A program made the translations under genes and the position numbers. A stretch of 57,898 nt of DNA, counting the filler, from Squatina squatina (Eukaryota): assembly GCA_031763465.1 (NCBI GenBank). It is 3 parts of 3 records of this genome, joined end to end, with 100 filler letters (N's around TTAATTAATTAA, not from the genome) between each part and the next. Parts side by side here need not be neighbours in the genome. Positions count along the whole stretch, not along the records: positions 1 to 13,295 come from JARFOE010000004.1; positions 13,396 to 27,687 come from JARFOE010000121.1; 1 more part is not named here. One strand, 5' to 3'. Shown piece by piece: positions 11,301 through 23,960 of the stretch (positions are counted from its first letter, which is position 1; the number at the start of each line of letters is the position of its first letter). The notes under the pieces are model-generated. The model was not told the DNA's origin, ran no database searches, and saw only the letters and a list, made by a program, of their open reading frames with translations.

Positions 11301-13295
11301 TCCTTCTCTGTATGGCTATGCTCATCCTCTCAGTAATGCTGTATTCCAAGGGGGATATCTACTAGTGCACCCATGTCTGGGAGCAACCGGTTTGTGCAGA
11401 AGCCTTGAAGTCAGCAAAAGTCCTTCAGCACTTGCCACAGCTGTAGACTTTTGCAACTTGAAAGAACTCTAGAAAGCATCAAACACTTGTAGAATTGTAG
11501 GAACAGCCAGAAGAAATCAATCAGCAACTAACCTGTTAGTAGCTGATGATCTCTTCAAATAGCGCTGGTGAGGGGTCTTTCCTGCTGCTTAACACGTGTT
11601 CAGCTGTGCGAGGTTAAGAAAGTGCCTCAGCTGGAGCGTTGAATTTCAAAATGGCACCGCTGGCATAAATTCAGCGTGGACGTCATGATCTGCCTGCTCT
11701 GCGTATTTCCAGCGGATGTTAGCTACCCATAAGCTAACGCCCTCACGAAGATGGCATCTGGCGCGATTCGTGGCAAGAGTGTGTGGGCGTGCATCGGACG
11801 CCATTTTGGTCTCCGACCGGCATCTGTGGTGCCCAAACAATGGATGCTACCGAGTCCAATTACGCACCAGAGAGCTTTTAGTCACCTCTCCTAATAACTC
11901 CTTCTTTGGCTCAGGGTATGAACCACCTTGGGACGTTTTTCTACATTAAAGTTGTTAAATAAATGCAAGTTGTTGTTGGTTAACACTAAAATAAAGATAG
12001 TAAAATTATACTTAATTTTATTCTGCTTTGTTACTGATGCATAAAGAAAATGAGTGCAGAAAATTCTTCCCACAGTTCTGATGCCTTAATTAAGAAATAC
12101 AGAACAACTTTAGATTTCCACTGGACACAAAGCAAAACAATAGTAAAGGCTCATATTCATAATAAAATATTTATTGCTTAAATCATGTTCATTTCCTACT
12201 GCAGAAAGGTAATCAGAAAAGACACATTCTCAAAAATTACAGGTATAAAACAATTAATGGCCCAAAATGTAGTAAGGGTTTAAAAAAATTGACAGTTTAA
12301 CATATGACAGCATTTTTTAGCTGATGATTAAGGCTAAAATGGTTTTTCTAACAGTTACATAAAAGTAAAAAATTATAGCTCTGAAAATGAATGTAATTGG
12401 TGTAAATCTTTACTTGCTAGTACGTGTCACAAGCTTCTGAAAAGTAAACTTTCATTTATGAAAAACTACATTTTAAGTAGGTTGCACAAATTTTAAATAA
12501 TTGATTTTTTTCAAATGTACATCGGTTTGGCTAAACAGAAACTGAAGTTGCCATTTGAATTGAAATAATACAAATCGGCTTTATCTTATATAAAGTTATT
12601 TTTGAAGAATGAGGGCTGAAGATAAATTTGACAGATTTGAAATTGCCATTATGGATGTTCCAATTCTCCCCTTTTCTTTGTTCTATTCTGATTGGTTTAA
12701 AGACTTTGCATAAATTATTCCATAAAAATTGAATTTACTGAATTGCAAGGAACTAGAATATAAATATAAATACAAAGATGACCTTCAACAAACAATAGAA
12801 ACAACAAAAATTAATTGACCCTTCAACAAAAACACAAATAAAAACATGAAAATAATTCAGACATTAATCGTGTTCTGGTAACAAAGGCTTATTTAAATAT
12901 AATACTTACATGACAGACTTTAATCTTATTCTGGTAACAAAGGCGTTTTTAAATATAATATAGTTCCCAGTTAGTAACTTTACAGCAGCTGATGCAAGTA
13001 CAATACACAGTAAAGTTGCTTTCCTTCAATTATTTCAATTAAAATAATCAACCCTCCCCAGTATAAACTTAATACTTTTTGATGCCGAGTTGCTCACATT
13101 TTTCTTCATAATCTTATCAGAAGAAAATATTTACTTTTTTTGGTACTGTTTAAAGAACACCTCTATTAAGCTAGTGCTGTATTTGTAAACCAGTCAACAT
13201 TTCCTGTGCTGTAAAAAGTTATTGCAATTTATTCTATAAAAGTAATAGACTGATCCATTGCTTCCTTCCACATTATTATTTTTACAACCAGAGAG

Positions 13296-13395
13296 NNNNN
13301 NNNNNNNNNNNNNNNNNNNNNNNNNNNNNNNNNNNNNNNTTAATTAATTAANNNNNNNNNNNNNNNNNNNNNNNNNNNNNNNNNNNNNNNNNNNN
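13296..13395. other. Artificial contig linker: 44 N + TTAATTAATTAA + 44 N
   Basis: The 12-mer at 13340-13351 has stops in all six frames and is centred in a 100-base spacer. Confidence 0.95.
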
Positions 13396-16207
13396 TGAAA
13401 GAAATCAGTCACAGGCCAATTACAGCTCAGATATAGATTTTAAAACCATTTCCTGCAGTAACAGTTTCAGATTAGGAGTTACTCTGTTTCTTATATCTCT
13501 ACATAATGTCTCCAGTTTCATAATGAATCTTGGATTATCCTGTATATCCTGATTACCAGAAATATTCTAAATACTCCAAGTGAGTCTCTGCTTACCAGCA
13601 CGAGGGTTAGAAATAATAGGATTCCATCTGGCATGCAAATCAAATCAGTTTTCTCAGCACAAATTTAATCTCGGGGTGGTCGGACTTCGCATCTTGACTC
13701 AAAGCATCAAATGCCATCTGAACTGATTCAAATTGCCCTTGAAGTGTAACAGAGGCTGATTATCTCAATAATGAATATGTTCTGCATGCAGTCCTCATTC
13801 ATTAAACTGCACACACTAAAAGGCAGGACAGCGCCGGGTAGGGACAGAGGGAAGTGCTGACCTAGGTCACATCCACATGGCTGTAATGAATTCCAAAGTA
13901 TGTGCCGGAGTTTATTACTATAATTATCCAATTTTAGTGTAAGCAAGCATGTCAGTTTTCAAAAATGATGCATTTGAAGTCCAATAGGAAATAATTATTC
14001 AATGGGTTACTCTTGTGGTTTACTGCAATTCAGGATTAATATATCCTGTACAACGTGACAGGAATAGAGTGTTAATATTAGTATGAAGTAAAGGAATCAG
14101 AAAAACAATGGAAGATATTCATTGCTTACTAATGGTCCCTATTTGCATTTGGATAACATCAGTGTGCAGTCAGAACAAAATAGTGCAAACACTCTGATAA
14201 TAAATCCAAGCAGTAGAATTGAGTTATTCAAAATTCAAATTTACCTGAACTCAGTAAAATTGAAATAAATATCAATAGATCCAACGTGATCCAACCTGAT
14301 GGTTTTAATATGGTTAATTTGCTTCGCACAGCCTGAGGATAGCTCCAGTTGTTAAAATACAGCATTTGTTTATGCATAATCATATTTCTTAAAATAAACC
14401 TCCCAGGGAAACAGATGCTTGTCAGAAAACTGACAGAAATATATGAAATGTTGGGTATAGGATGGTGTTCATCAGTAAAATGTCATTGCTGAGGAAGGTC
14501 AGAGTCAACCACTACCATGCAGAATGCCTTCTGTTAACCCAAAGGCAGCTGACTGACAACCTGTTCAAAGGAGAAGGGTAACTGGCCCATAACAGTCCTG
14601 CATTGCATAACTAAAAATGCCTAAATACTTAAATGCACTCTCCATTAAATTGTGCATCTCTGACATATAATGATCTGGATTAGCAAAACATGCGAGCGTA
14701 ACATACATTGGATCTGTTAAGACTCAAATGTGATATAATTGCTATAACTTAGCTCTATCTTCCTGTAATTACAGTCAGTGACTGTAAACTGAGGTTACTC
14801 AAAACATAGCCTCTCTTTATTCGTGACTCGGATGCTTGGATGAAAGTCTCTGAGTTCAAAACCAATCAGTTTTTGAAACAGGCAACTCATACGATATATG
14901 CCCACCTCATGAATATTCATAAATATATTTCTGCCTCTACCCAAATTGCGAATGAGACTGTCATCTGATCATGACTATAGTATTTGTTAGCAATTATGCT
15001 TTCACGCCCTTGCTGATGTAGTACAGTTGTGTAGCTGGTACAGTGGAGCTCTCGTCTGCTGGTATTTCTTCACAACTACTAGAAAGCATAACAAAGATGT
15101 TAACATTATATTTTAGTGCTCTACAGAGTGAGGAAATTAAGTTTAATGACGCTTAGTGTGGATCTCAGCCAATTCAGCACATGAGACAATTGGTCTCTGC
15201 ACCCTTAGGCTTGGGAGCGGGAGGGAAAAGAATTGAGCCTTAGGTTCCTGCTCCNNNNNNNNNNNNNNNNNNNNNNNNNNNNNNNNNNNNNNNNNNNNNN
15301 NNNNNNNNNNNNNNNNNNNNNNNNNNNNNNNNNNNNNNNNNNNNNNNNNNNNNNCTCCATGGGTGCTCCAAACCACTGCGTGGTCGTGCAGCTTGAAGGG
15401 AACAGTGGTGAAGTAACTTGTGATGTTTTACTGTGTTAAAGGCACTTTATAAATACAAATTGTTGATATTTTAAAAGGAGATTTAATCTAAAGCCATAAA
15501 ATACTATAGTACCGTCCTATTTTCTGACAATGTTTTTACAAGTAGTCTTCTGGCTATTGAACCCTGTTTTCTGGAAGCTTCTTTGCTAACACACCTGTCC
15601 TCTGTAGTATCCCAGCAAACACTGCTGAATAAAAAGGCAATGTCTCTGGTCACAACTGACAATTATGAAGTTGCGCAACATAATCCTCCTCAGTAGGGTA
15701 ACACCTGGTAGGAACAACGTGACAAAGAACTGTACAGATGAGAAATTGCAGAAGTGTATCGTCACAGTTGGAGGAGTTCTTCTTTAAATGGGTGAAGTGC
15801 GTGCACATAGCAGTGATGCATTAGCTGCCTTCGTTCTAAATGCTGAAGACGACAGTTCTGTCAAAATGTAGCTATTATTAGCTACCGAGGCAGTAAGTGC
15901 GTCACGTATTTGCTTTTTATTCTGTTGAATTATGGCTGATTGCACCATGATAGCACACCAGTTTTGCATCAAATTGGATTCCTCTTAATTTTATTGCCAA
16001 ACCAAAATGTAATAAGTACAAAGTGACAGTCATAGTGCTTTGTTCCAATGTAACATTTTTCCATCGGTTCTTTCATTTAAGATGAGCCATTCTGCCACCA
16101 AAGTCACNNNNNNNNNNNNNNNNNNNNNNNNNNNNNNNNNNNNNNNNNNNNNNNNNNNNNNNNNNNNNNNNNNNNNNNNNNNNNNNNNNNNNNNNNNNNN
16201 NNNNNNN

Positions 16208-16612
16208 CATGAACTTGGCTGCTGCTGCCTTCCCCTGATAAGCCATCTCCCTCAACAATATCCAAAGCGGTATAATTGTTTGAGAGGGGGATGGCCACAG
16301 GGGACTTCTGCACTACCTGCCTGCGCCTACTACTCTACCTGGTGGTCACCCATCCCTTTTCTGCCTGTGCAGCCTTTACCTTGCGATGTGACCAACTCGC
16401 TAAACGTGCTATCCACAATGTCCTCAGCATTGCGGTTGCTCCAGAGTGAATCCATTCGCAGCTCTAGCTTCGCAATGCGATCTGCCAGTAACTGCAGCTG
16501 GATGCACTTCCTGCACACATGGTCATCAGGGACACTGGAAGTGTCCCTGATTTCCTACATCGTACAGGAGGAACATGCCACGGGGCCGAGGTCTCCTGCC
16601 ATGACTTACCCT
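16208..16612 (-). mobile_element. CR1 LINE ORF1 fragment (zinc finger/leucine zipper)
   Basis: MAGDLGPVACSSCTM*...HVCRKCIQLQLLADRIAKLELRMDSL...SPVAIPLSNNYTALDIVEGD. Confidence 0.8.
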
Positions 16613-19600
16613 TAGATTAATTCCTTAGTTACTCCCTTGGATTAAAGAATATTCTAGGGGGCTCTTAAAATCAAGGAATAATTACTCAAGGGCCCAATTC
16701 ACTGAGCACTCTTCACTACGAACTATAGAAGTTACACACTATATACTTTGAGTGCTAAGCTGTAGAAANNNNNNNNNNNNNNNNNNNNNNNNNNNNNNNN
16801 NNNNNNNNNNNNNNNNNNNNNNNNNNNNNNNNNNNNNNNNNNNNNNNNNNNNNNNNNNNNNNNNNNNNCTTTGTATCTACATGCCACACTGCTTATTATC
16901 GTTCCTCGATAAGTGATTTAATCATTTACTTCCAGCACCAAATTCTTTTGTCTAAGTTTGATACTTATTCTAGCCTTTCACAGTATCACTCAAACACCCA
17001 AGAGGCTCAAGTAGAATACCAGGGCTGGGTACAGTTTTTATACATATATAGCCAAGATGCTGACAGAAATCGTACTTTTAATGCTTTTTATTTGAAGTGT
17101 CAAAACTAGCAATAGCAATTTTTTAAAGATTTTGCTGCTGCTTTAGTAAACAAAACTGTAATTAAGCAATATTGTACCCATGGGAATGCAATAGATATAA
17201 TTAAGCTTTATACTTAGACCAGGTGCACCTGACTGCTCCCCAAATGCAATATTGTGACTCAGTTCTACTTTTCTCTGTTGAACATTGACAGCATACTTGT
17301 GGATTCTAGAATGTAGACATTAATTCCTTAAGTTTGTCTTGCTGATCCTATTTAAGTTAGATTCCTGGGCCAAAATGACTGAATCTATCAATTATCCGGT
17401 CTTTTTAAGTCACAATTTATGTGAAGAATTGAGTTATGGAACCTGCCGTTTCCTGAAAATCTGACATTACTGCCCAGCTCATCCCATAAATGACCTAAAA
17501 ACAGAAACGGCTACAAGTAGACGGTAGTTTTGTCAGTGTGGGGACCCTCCAGCAGAATGTCCTGGCAAGTGTCTTCACCCAAAACCTGTCAGCGTTCCTT
17601 TCAGATGCTGACTGACTGCTCCACTGTTTCTGTTTTTATTTGAGTTGCAATTTTTTTTAAATCCCTGTTTGTTATTTAATTCTATTATTGGAATAACTAA
17701 ATTATTTCTTGCTGCTTTCTGTGATCCGCCTTTCTTCTGCTCTCGGTTCTTCTAATTATCATTTTAATGATCTTCAACTTGTATATTATTGTCGTAATTC
17801 TGCTTGACTAAGATATTTTTGACTTCCTTGTTCAGCCACTGTGGTCTGAGTTTTACTCCTTTCCACAAACCTTAAAATAGTTGTGAAAAACATTAAATTT
17901 GGGGGAGTTACTGCCTCTTGATCTTGCTCAGTAATGACGTTGATCATAAAATCACAATTCCTCATAAAATGGATACATCCAACAGGAAAACTGCCTTGGA
18001 AATGGAATCGATTAATTTTATATTGAAAACATAAGGAAATGTTATGTGCTAAAAATAGTAGAGGATTACAGGTTAGCTTCAGTAACTTGTGTTGTGGCAT
18101 TTTTCCTGTAATGTTCCAAGTGACATAGCAAACCCTTTTGTAGCTCCCCATAATTCAGTGCAATGACAGCTACTCACCACGTTCATTAGTGGCAATTCAT
18201 GTTCTTTTTTTTGTTCTTGCCTATTGTAATGGATGATTGATTTCTTTTTCACTCTGTTTCCCTAAATGATCATTATGGACTCCATTTCCAAAACATTGCC
18301 TTCTCTTTGAAGGATAGGAGGATAGATGTCCCGCTGTCCCCTGCCGACCTCCCCCACCCCCGTCCCCAGTATTTAGAGCAATATATTGCACAGTGCCTTA
18401 AAGCTAATGGAGAGCTGCTGACATTCTCCTGATTATTACATCCTGCCTTTCATTCACAGGGCCCAGATGACATCCTGATTTGCTAAAGCAGATCTGTCTC
18501 TCAGCAGACCATGTACCACTCAAATGCTTCAGGCATTTGTACTATGTTTTTCTGCAATATTTTAATCTGAGGGAGAGGTGCACTTAAGCTTTCACCTTAC
18601 ATTCTGGACTATCAGTGTAATTGACAGATGACTTGAAGAATTAAAGGAAGCATTTAAGCACTGCTGTCCCCATTTCAAACAATTAGGAGTGGAACATTGA
18701 CGTTTTTTAAAGGCACAAGCTACTTCAGTTAGTTTGGAAGTTTTTTTTTTGCTTGAAACAAATTGAATTATAGTATCCAGCCATTCGAATTAAGCAATTT
18801 AAGCACACAAGGTATTTTTGGCATGATTCTAATTTGAATTAACAGAGAATTCAATGTGAGCAATGCTAACTGAGAAGAGTGAACTGTGCATTCTATTTAT
18901 TTCAAATCAACAATATTTAATTGAGTTCCATGATAGATAAAATTTTTTAATTAATCTATCTTATACGAAGATAGGGAAATTTAAATATAACAAGAGTTGG
19001 ACCTAATTAATTGCTTTTATATAAACAACTGGATATTTAAACAACCCTCCTCTTTAAAATGAGACAAATCTGAACAGTACAGATTCATTTTTTAATCTAT
19101 TTTTCTCTTTTTAAAGTTTTTTTAATTTAAGGGTTTCAGAGTACACAACACACAATTTTCTTTCCCTAAATAATCATTAATAAAGAAACAATATCCATTG
19201 CAATAGGCAACAAATATAAAACAGAACAGNNNNNNNNNNNNNNNNNNNNNNNNNNNNNNNNNNNNNNNNNNNNNNNNNNNNNNNNNNNNNNNNNNNNNNN
19301 NNNNNNNNNNNNNNNNNNNNNNNNNNNNNATAGGTGCGGGCGCTACAATTGACACCCATGTCCTGAACTAAGAAGGGAAAAGTCGACCAGGCTTCTTGTT
19401 TTGATTTCTGTCTAATGAGCTCTGTTGGAAGTGCATATGTCCGGTGAGGATGGAGCATACCGTTAGCCCCTCACAGTGGAGTAGTGCACCAGCATTCAGT
19501 GCCTAAGCTTGTATGTGGGGGGAAAAAATACAATGGGCATTTGGGTGAGGTAATGGTGGGCTGCCAGTGCCTGTGGAACTGTGCTAGCATAACAACCACA

Positions 19601-21385
19601 TTTAGGAGAGGAGGAATAAGGAGAAACAACCAGAGGGGAATTAGCAGAGGGAAAATAATTCATAATTTTTCCATGCATTTGGGGATATATAAAGAAAAAA
19701 TGTTAAACTGGTCGAATCATAGGGTTGCATGTAGCAGATCCTAATGAAATCATTTGAAGCTCTTAGCACCTTCTGAAAATTGGGGAAAGAAAACACTCCT
19801 GGTCGATGTATGGGACCACATGCCCCACTGGCACATTGCTGCACCACCCTGTTGATTTGTCCGTTCATTGCAGGTTGTTCGGCTTGGATGCTTATCTTAT
19901 GAATTTAAATTTGACTTTAGCAAAATCAAAGATTTGACTGAATTTAACAACATTTTAAAAATGCTTCCTGTAATCTTAATTACAACAAACGCAGAATAGA
20001 ATGGAAAGTAACATTTTGAAAATGACATCAAAATAAAGAATACAGTCCAAAGAATAGAGCTAAATTCTAATGAGCTATAACAAAGCAGTAAGGCAGTGTT
20101 GAGACAAGGGACCAAAATTCATTTCTCTACCGCTGTCATCCTCTTTAAAATCGGTGTGTGTTAAAGCTTCTTTTGATTCCTTTAATGATTTCCCTTTTTA
20201 GTTATTGCTTTAATTTGTTACTCTTTCAGCCACGAAGGACTGAGAATTAGTACAACAGGGATAGCAAATCAACTCCATTGATCCTGGCTCAAAGCTTTTA
20301 AAAGATTGATACTCAAGCACATTAACCAATCAAGTCGATTTCCAAGCAACTTTATTTTGTTTCCATTAAAAGAAATCAAAATAAGGACATGTCCTGTTTT
20401 CGCAGACAAGTGCATTGTTTTTTTTTATTTTCCAAGAAATCAGCAGGCACCTCCAGAAGTTAAGCAATGTCCAAGGTTTTTTTTTCCAAAAATTGCACTT
20501 GATGACCATTTGGTTTTAACCTCAATAAAGCACCAGCAAAACAAAGAAGAGAAAAGTAGCCATTAATGAGAGTTCAGCTGCCATGGTTCTCAGAACCCTG
20601 CGTGCACAAAGGCCATGTCAACACTAAGCGAGTTGAAGTTTATTGGTTTGAAGTGGTGATTGTGAATTACTTCATTACAGCTCATGATATATGCACTTGA
20701 GAGTCATTGTCCAGACAGAATTAACATTATTGTTATAAATTGTTCTACTGAGGGAGGAGAAAATGAATGCTTATCCTTACAAGAGTGCTCTTTTCTCAGC
20801 CTGCCNNNNNNNNNNNNNNNNNNNNNNNNNNNNNNNNNNNNNNNNNNNNNNNNNNNNNNNNNNNNNNNNNNNNNNNNNNNNNNNNNNNNNNNNNNNNNNN
20901 NNNNNATGATCATGCGCTCTGACCTCCCCTTTTTCATTTTTCTGGAGCTTGGGAATATTTTAAGTGTCAGTTATCATTTCCCTGATGAATACTCAGAGCT
21001 GGAGGGAGAGTCAACACCAGTAATGAGCAACGCTGAGGAGCAGTCTAAATAATGAACTATTCCCTTGGCATATAATGTTTCCAGGCCTCCTTTTAAGATA
21101 TCTCCTACTGACCTTATTCTGTGTAGTCTTTAAAGATAGATCATTCCTTTAATGATAATGTATAAAATGGATTACAATAAACTCTAACTCTGTGTTTTCT
21201 TTTCATGCCATATTTACTTTACACTATGTGCCAACAGCATCCCCGTCCTCTGTGATGGTTTTTATTCGCACCTTTCGAGGGAGCAGCATCCTGGGCAACA
21301 ATATAAACAATCTCAGCAAAGGCAGCCATCTTGTATGGCTGCTCATACAGGCCAATCAGTCGTGTACAATTGTGCTCCCTCACCT

Positions 21386-21652
21386 TAGGGTGAGTAGGCA
21401 TCCCGGTTTTTGAGGAAGTGTCTCGGTGTCCCGACACTTACCATGAAAATGCTCAAATGTCCTGGTTTTTCGTGCCCACTCGACAGTCCCGGCGAGGAAC
21501 GGACTGCGCATGCACGGTCCCGGCGAGGAATGGACTGCGCAGGCACGGTCCCGGCGAGGAACGGACTGCGCATGCACGGTCCCGGCGAGGAACGGACTGC
21601 GCACGCGCAGGCTGATTGTCCCAATTTGGGACTCTTCCGATTTGTCATCCTT
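21386..21652. mobile_element. Non-autonomous hAT (Blackjack-like) element with 8-bp TSD
   Basis: Direct repeat CCTCACCT at 21378-21385 and 21653-21660; ends TAGGGTGAG... and ...GTCATCCTT form imperfect TIRs; subterminal gtccc/gggac motifs. Confidence 0.8.
21486..21605. repeat. CpG-rich tandem repeat, 31-bp unit, about 4 copies
   Basis: Unit GTCCCGGCGAGGAACGGACTGCGCATGCACG starts at 21486, 21517, 21548 and 21579. Confidence 0.95.
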
Positions 21653-22552
21653 CCTCACCTGTAAGTACCTCCCCCAGCCTTTGGGGAAGGCAGCAGCCAT
21701 CAGGACAAGGCTCCAAATTGTATCTTACGAACAGTGCAGGTTTGTTTTTCTACAGCACCAGATCTCTTAGACCATACTGCAGACATGCATTTTGAAGCAA
21801 TTCTGTGATATAAATACACTGCTTATCCCACTTGGTCATTAGTTTCAGAAGATTTGTAGTAGATTTATTTCAATTGTAAGATTAATGAAAGGAATGATTT
21901 TTTTATTTGAATCTTGTTGGAAAATTCCTACTTGGAAAAATTGGCATTTTAAAGTAGTTTTGTTATATCTGGCAAGCTCATATCAAAACACAAGCCCTAT
22001 CCCCAAAAGATATCCTGCCTACGCCATTGTCTATGTCAGGCAAAATTGTCAGGCTCCTGATCTGCTGTATAGTTGAATGAGTGACATCACCAGTTCTGTC
22101 AAACTTTTTGCTCCGATTCCTGCCGAACTAACTAATTGCCCCACACCTCACTGATGATCTTTTATATTATCTAACAGTTTTCATTTAAGCAGTTTGTGGG
22201 TCATTCACCACATTGTCTCCATCTCGGTGTTTGGCATATCTATTTATTCTCTTTGCTCTTTCCCCTCCCACTTTTTTTTGCAACTTTAATAAAAATGCCA
22301 GCTGACTTACCGACTGTATTCCCAGCATTTTCTGTTTTTACTTATGCCTTTGCCAATTTTTATTTATTTTTTTAACTTGAGCGGAAGGTGAAAATCAGGC
22401 AGAGTGTTAAACAGGCGCCCAATCCCGTCAATTTCCCCTAACGTGGTTTAGANNNNNNNNNNNNNNNNNNNNNNNNNNNNNNNNNNNNNNNNNNNNNNNN
22501 NNNNNNNNNNNNNNNNNNNNNNNNNNNNNNNNNNNNNNNNNNNNNNNNNNNN

Positions 22553-22676
22553 TCAAGGGCGATGGGTCAAAGTCGGGTATAAGGAGTTCGGTCGCAGATC
22601 AGCCATGATCTCATTGAACGGCAGAACAGGCTCGAGAGGTTGAATGGCCTACTCCTGTTTCTATGTTCCTATGTAC
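22553..22676 (+). mobile_element. CR1 LINE 3' end
   Basis: gatcagccatgatctcattgaa...gaatggcctactcctg followed by the (ttcctatg)-type terminal microsatellite. Confidence 0.8.
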
Positions 22677-22679
22677 CTA

Positions 22680-23310
22680 ATAGGAAGGTCCTTGGCTTGA
22701 TCTCTGCTATGAGTCAGGTGATCTCAACAGGGGTGAAGGTAAATGGTAGAGGCATTAGGGATGGAATTCATCTCAGGTGCTAGCGCAAAGTCTCAGCAGC
22801 CTGTTTTACACTCCGGCCGATATTCTTTTCCATTGAATGAAAGAAAGAAAGAACTAGCATTTACATTGTACCTTTTAAACCCTCAGGACATCCCAAAATG
22901 CTTTACAGCCAATTAAATACTTTTGAAGTGTAGTCACTGCTGCATTCTAGGAAATAAAATTGAGCGGAATACAAAATGGGCTACCAATTCACTGTAGCAC
23001 GTTTTGCACTAGCGGCCAAGCTTCATCCCCAGTATGTTGGCCTCAGTGCCTTGAGCAAGGAAAGGGAAAAGTTTCACAGGGTTTCTTTTTAGCACCATCC
23101 AGTAACCCATGCTGAACAGTGCTTGTGCATGCATCTGTGTGTGGGTGGGGACAGGATTGTGGTGCCAGTTGTGATGCTCCATATTGTTGAGTAACCTGCT
23201 AACAGTTACTGTTTAGACTCATACATGAAGTCTCATCACTCAAACGAGTTAATAAAGAGCTACTGGCATCCGTAGAATGTATACGCCCGCATGAGTCAGC
23301 TAAAAAGGAG
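22680..23310. mobile_element. Nested repeats: tRNA-type SINE interrupted by a MITE (22758-23030), which is interrupted by an inverted Deu-SINE tail (about 22838-22954)
   Basis: SINE similarity to 2745-2905 resumes after 23030; MITE ends gggatggaat...cttcatcccc; the inner piece is the reverse complement of the 7660-7757 tail with (gaaa)n. Confidence 0.6.
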
Positions 23311-23960
23311 AATGCTGGAATGGGGGAGGAGGGGATCACTAGATCGCTTCGCTCATAGCTTGAAAAGAATCTCGAAAACTGGAAATCCGATGGGAACAGA
23401 AATTGTTTACCAAACTAGACTGATTTTTTTGTAGTCATAGATTTAAAAATGATAATTTGAAGAAGAAATTGAGAAGGTCTGTGGGATTTTATTCTTGTAA
23501 GATTGTTTTACCAGATTATGCCCACCTGTTTAAGAGTATTCAGCAGGTTACTTTCTCTTAGAAACAATAAAAATGCATATAAAAAAATATCCTATACTGG
23601 GCAGCATGATAGCGGGAATTTAAAGATTTGAAATCTCAAACAATATTAATAAACACATATTAGTAATATTTCCATTGTTCACAAGCCCCACATAACACAT
23701 CTTTGTACTTTTAACATGAAAACCAATTTTGATTTCTTTTCCCAGTAGGATGAAATTATTAGATTACTATTGTCACATAACAGTAAACAAAATGTGCACA
23801 GAACATGGGTAAATTCTAGGATATGAAGGCAATTCAATTGCAGATATCGGGTTGAACAATAGCTCTGCTCAAATCCATCTTCTGACTATAAACACCATTT
23901 AAGTGTGGTTTTGTTGGGAATTTAAGGGTTGGGAGGTGGCGGGGTAGCTTGAACCTTCTG

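Larger units (their letters stand above)
8780..11870. mobile_element. Decayed PIF/Harbinger DNA transposon with two convergent genes (ends approximate)
   Basis: GC-richer island with a plus-strand Myb/SANT-like gene remnant, a minus-strand HARBI1-like transposase and a CpG-rich subterminal region at 11640-11870. Confidence 0.8.

Noticed and set aside
14909-14920. Palindrome ATGAATATTCAT (POU dimer-like site)
   Set aside because: A single 12-bp AT-rich palindrome is expected by chance in a window this size.
21380-21770. Overlapping ORFs and a CRISPR-like periodic repeat
   Set aside because: The 31-bp units are head-to-tail with no spacers, there are no cas genes, and the array is inside a eukaryotic hAT MITE.
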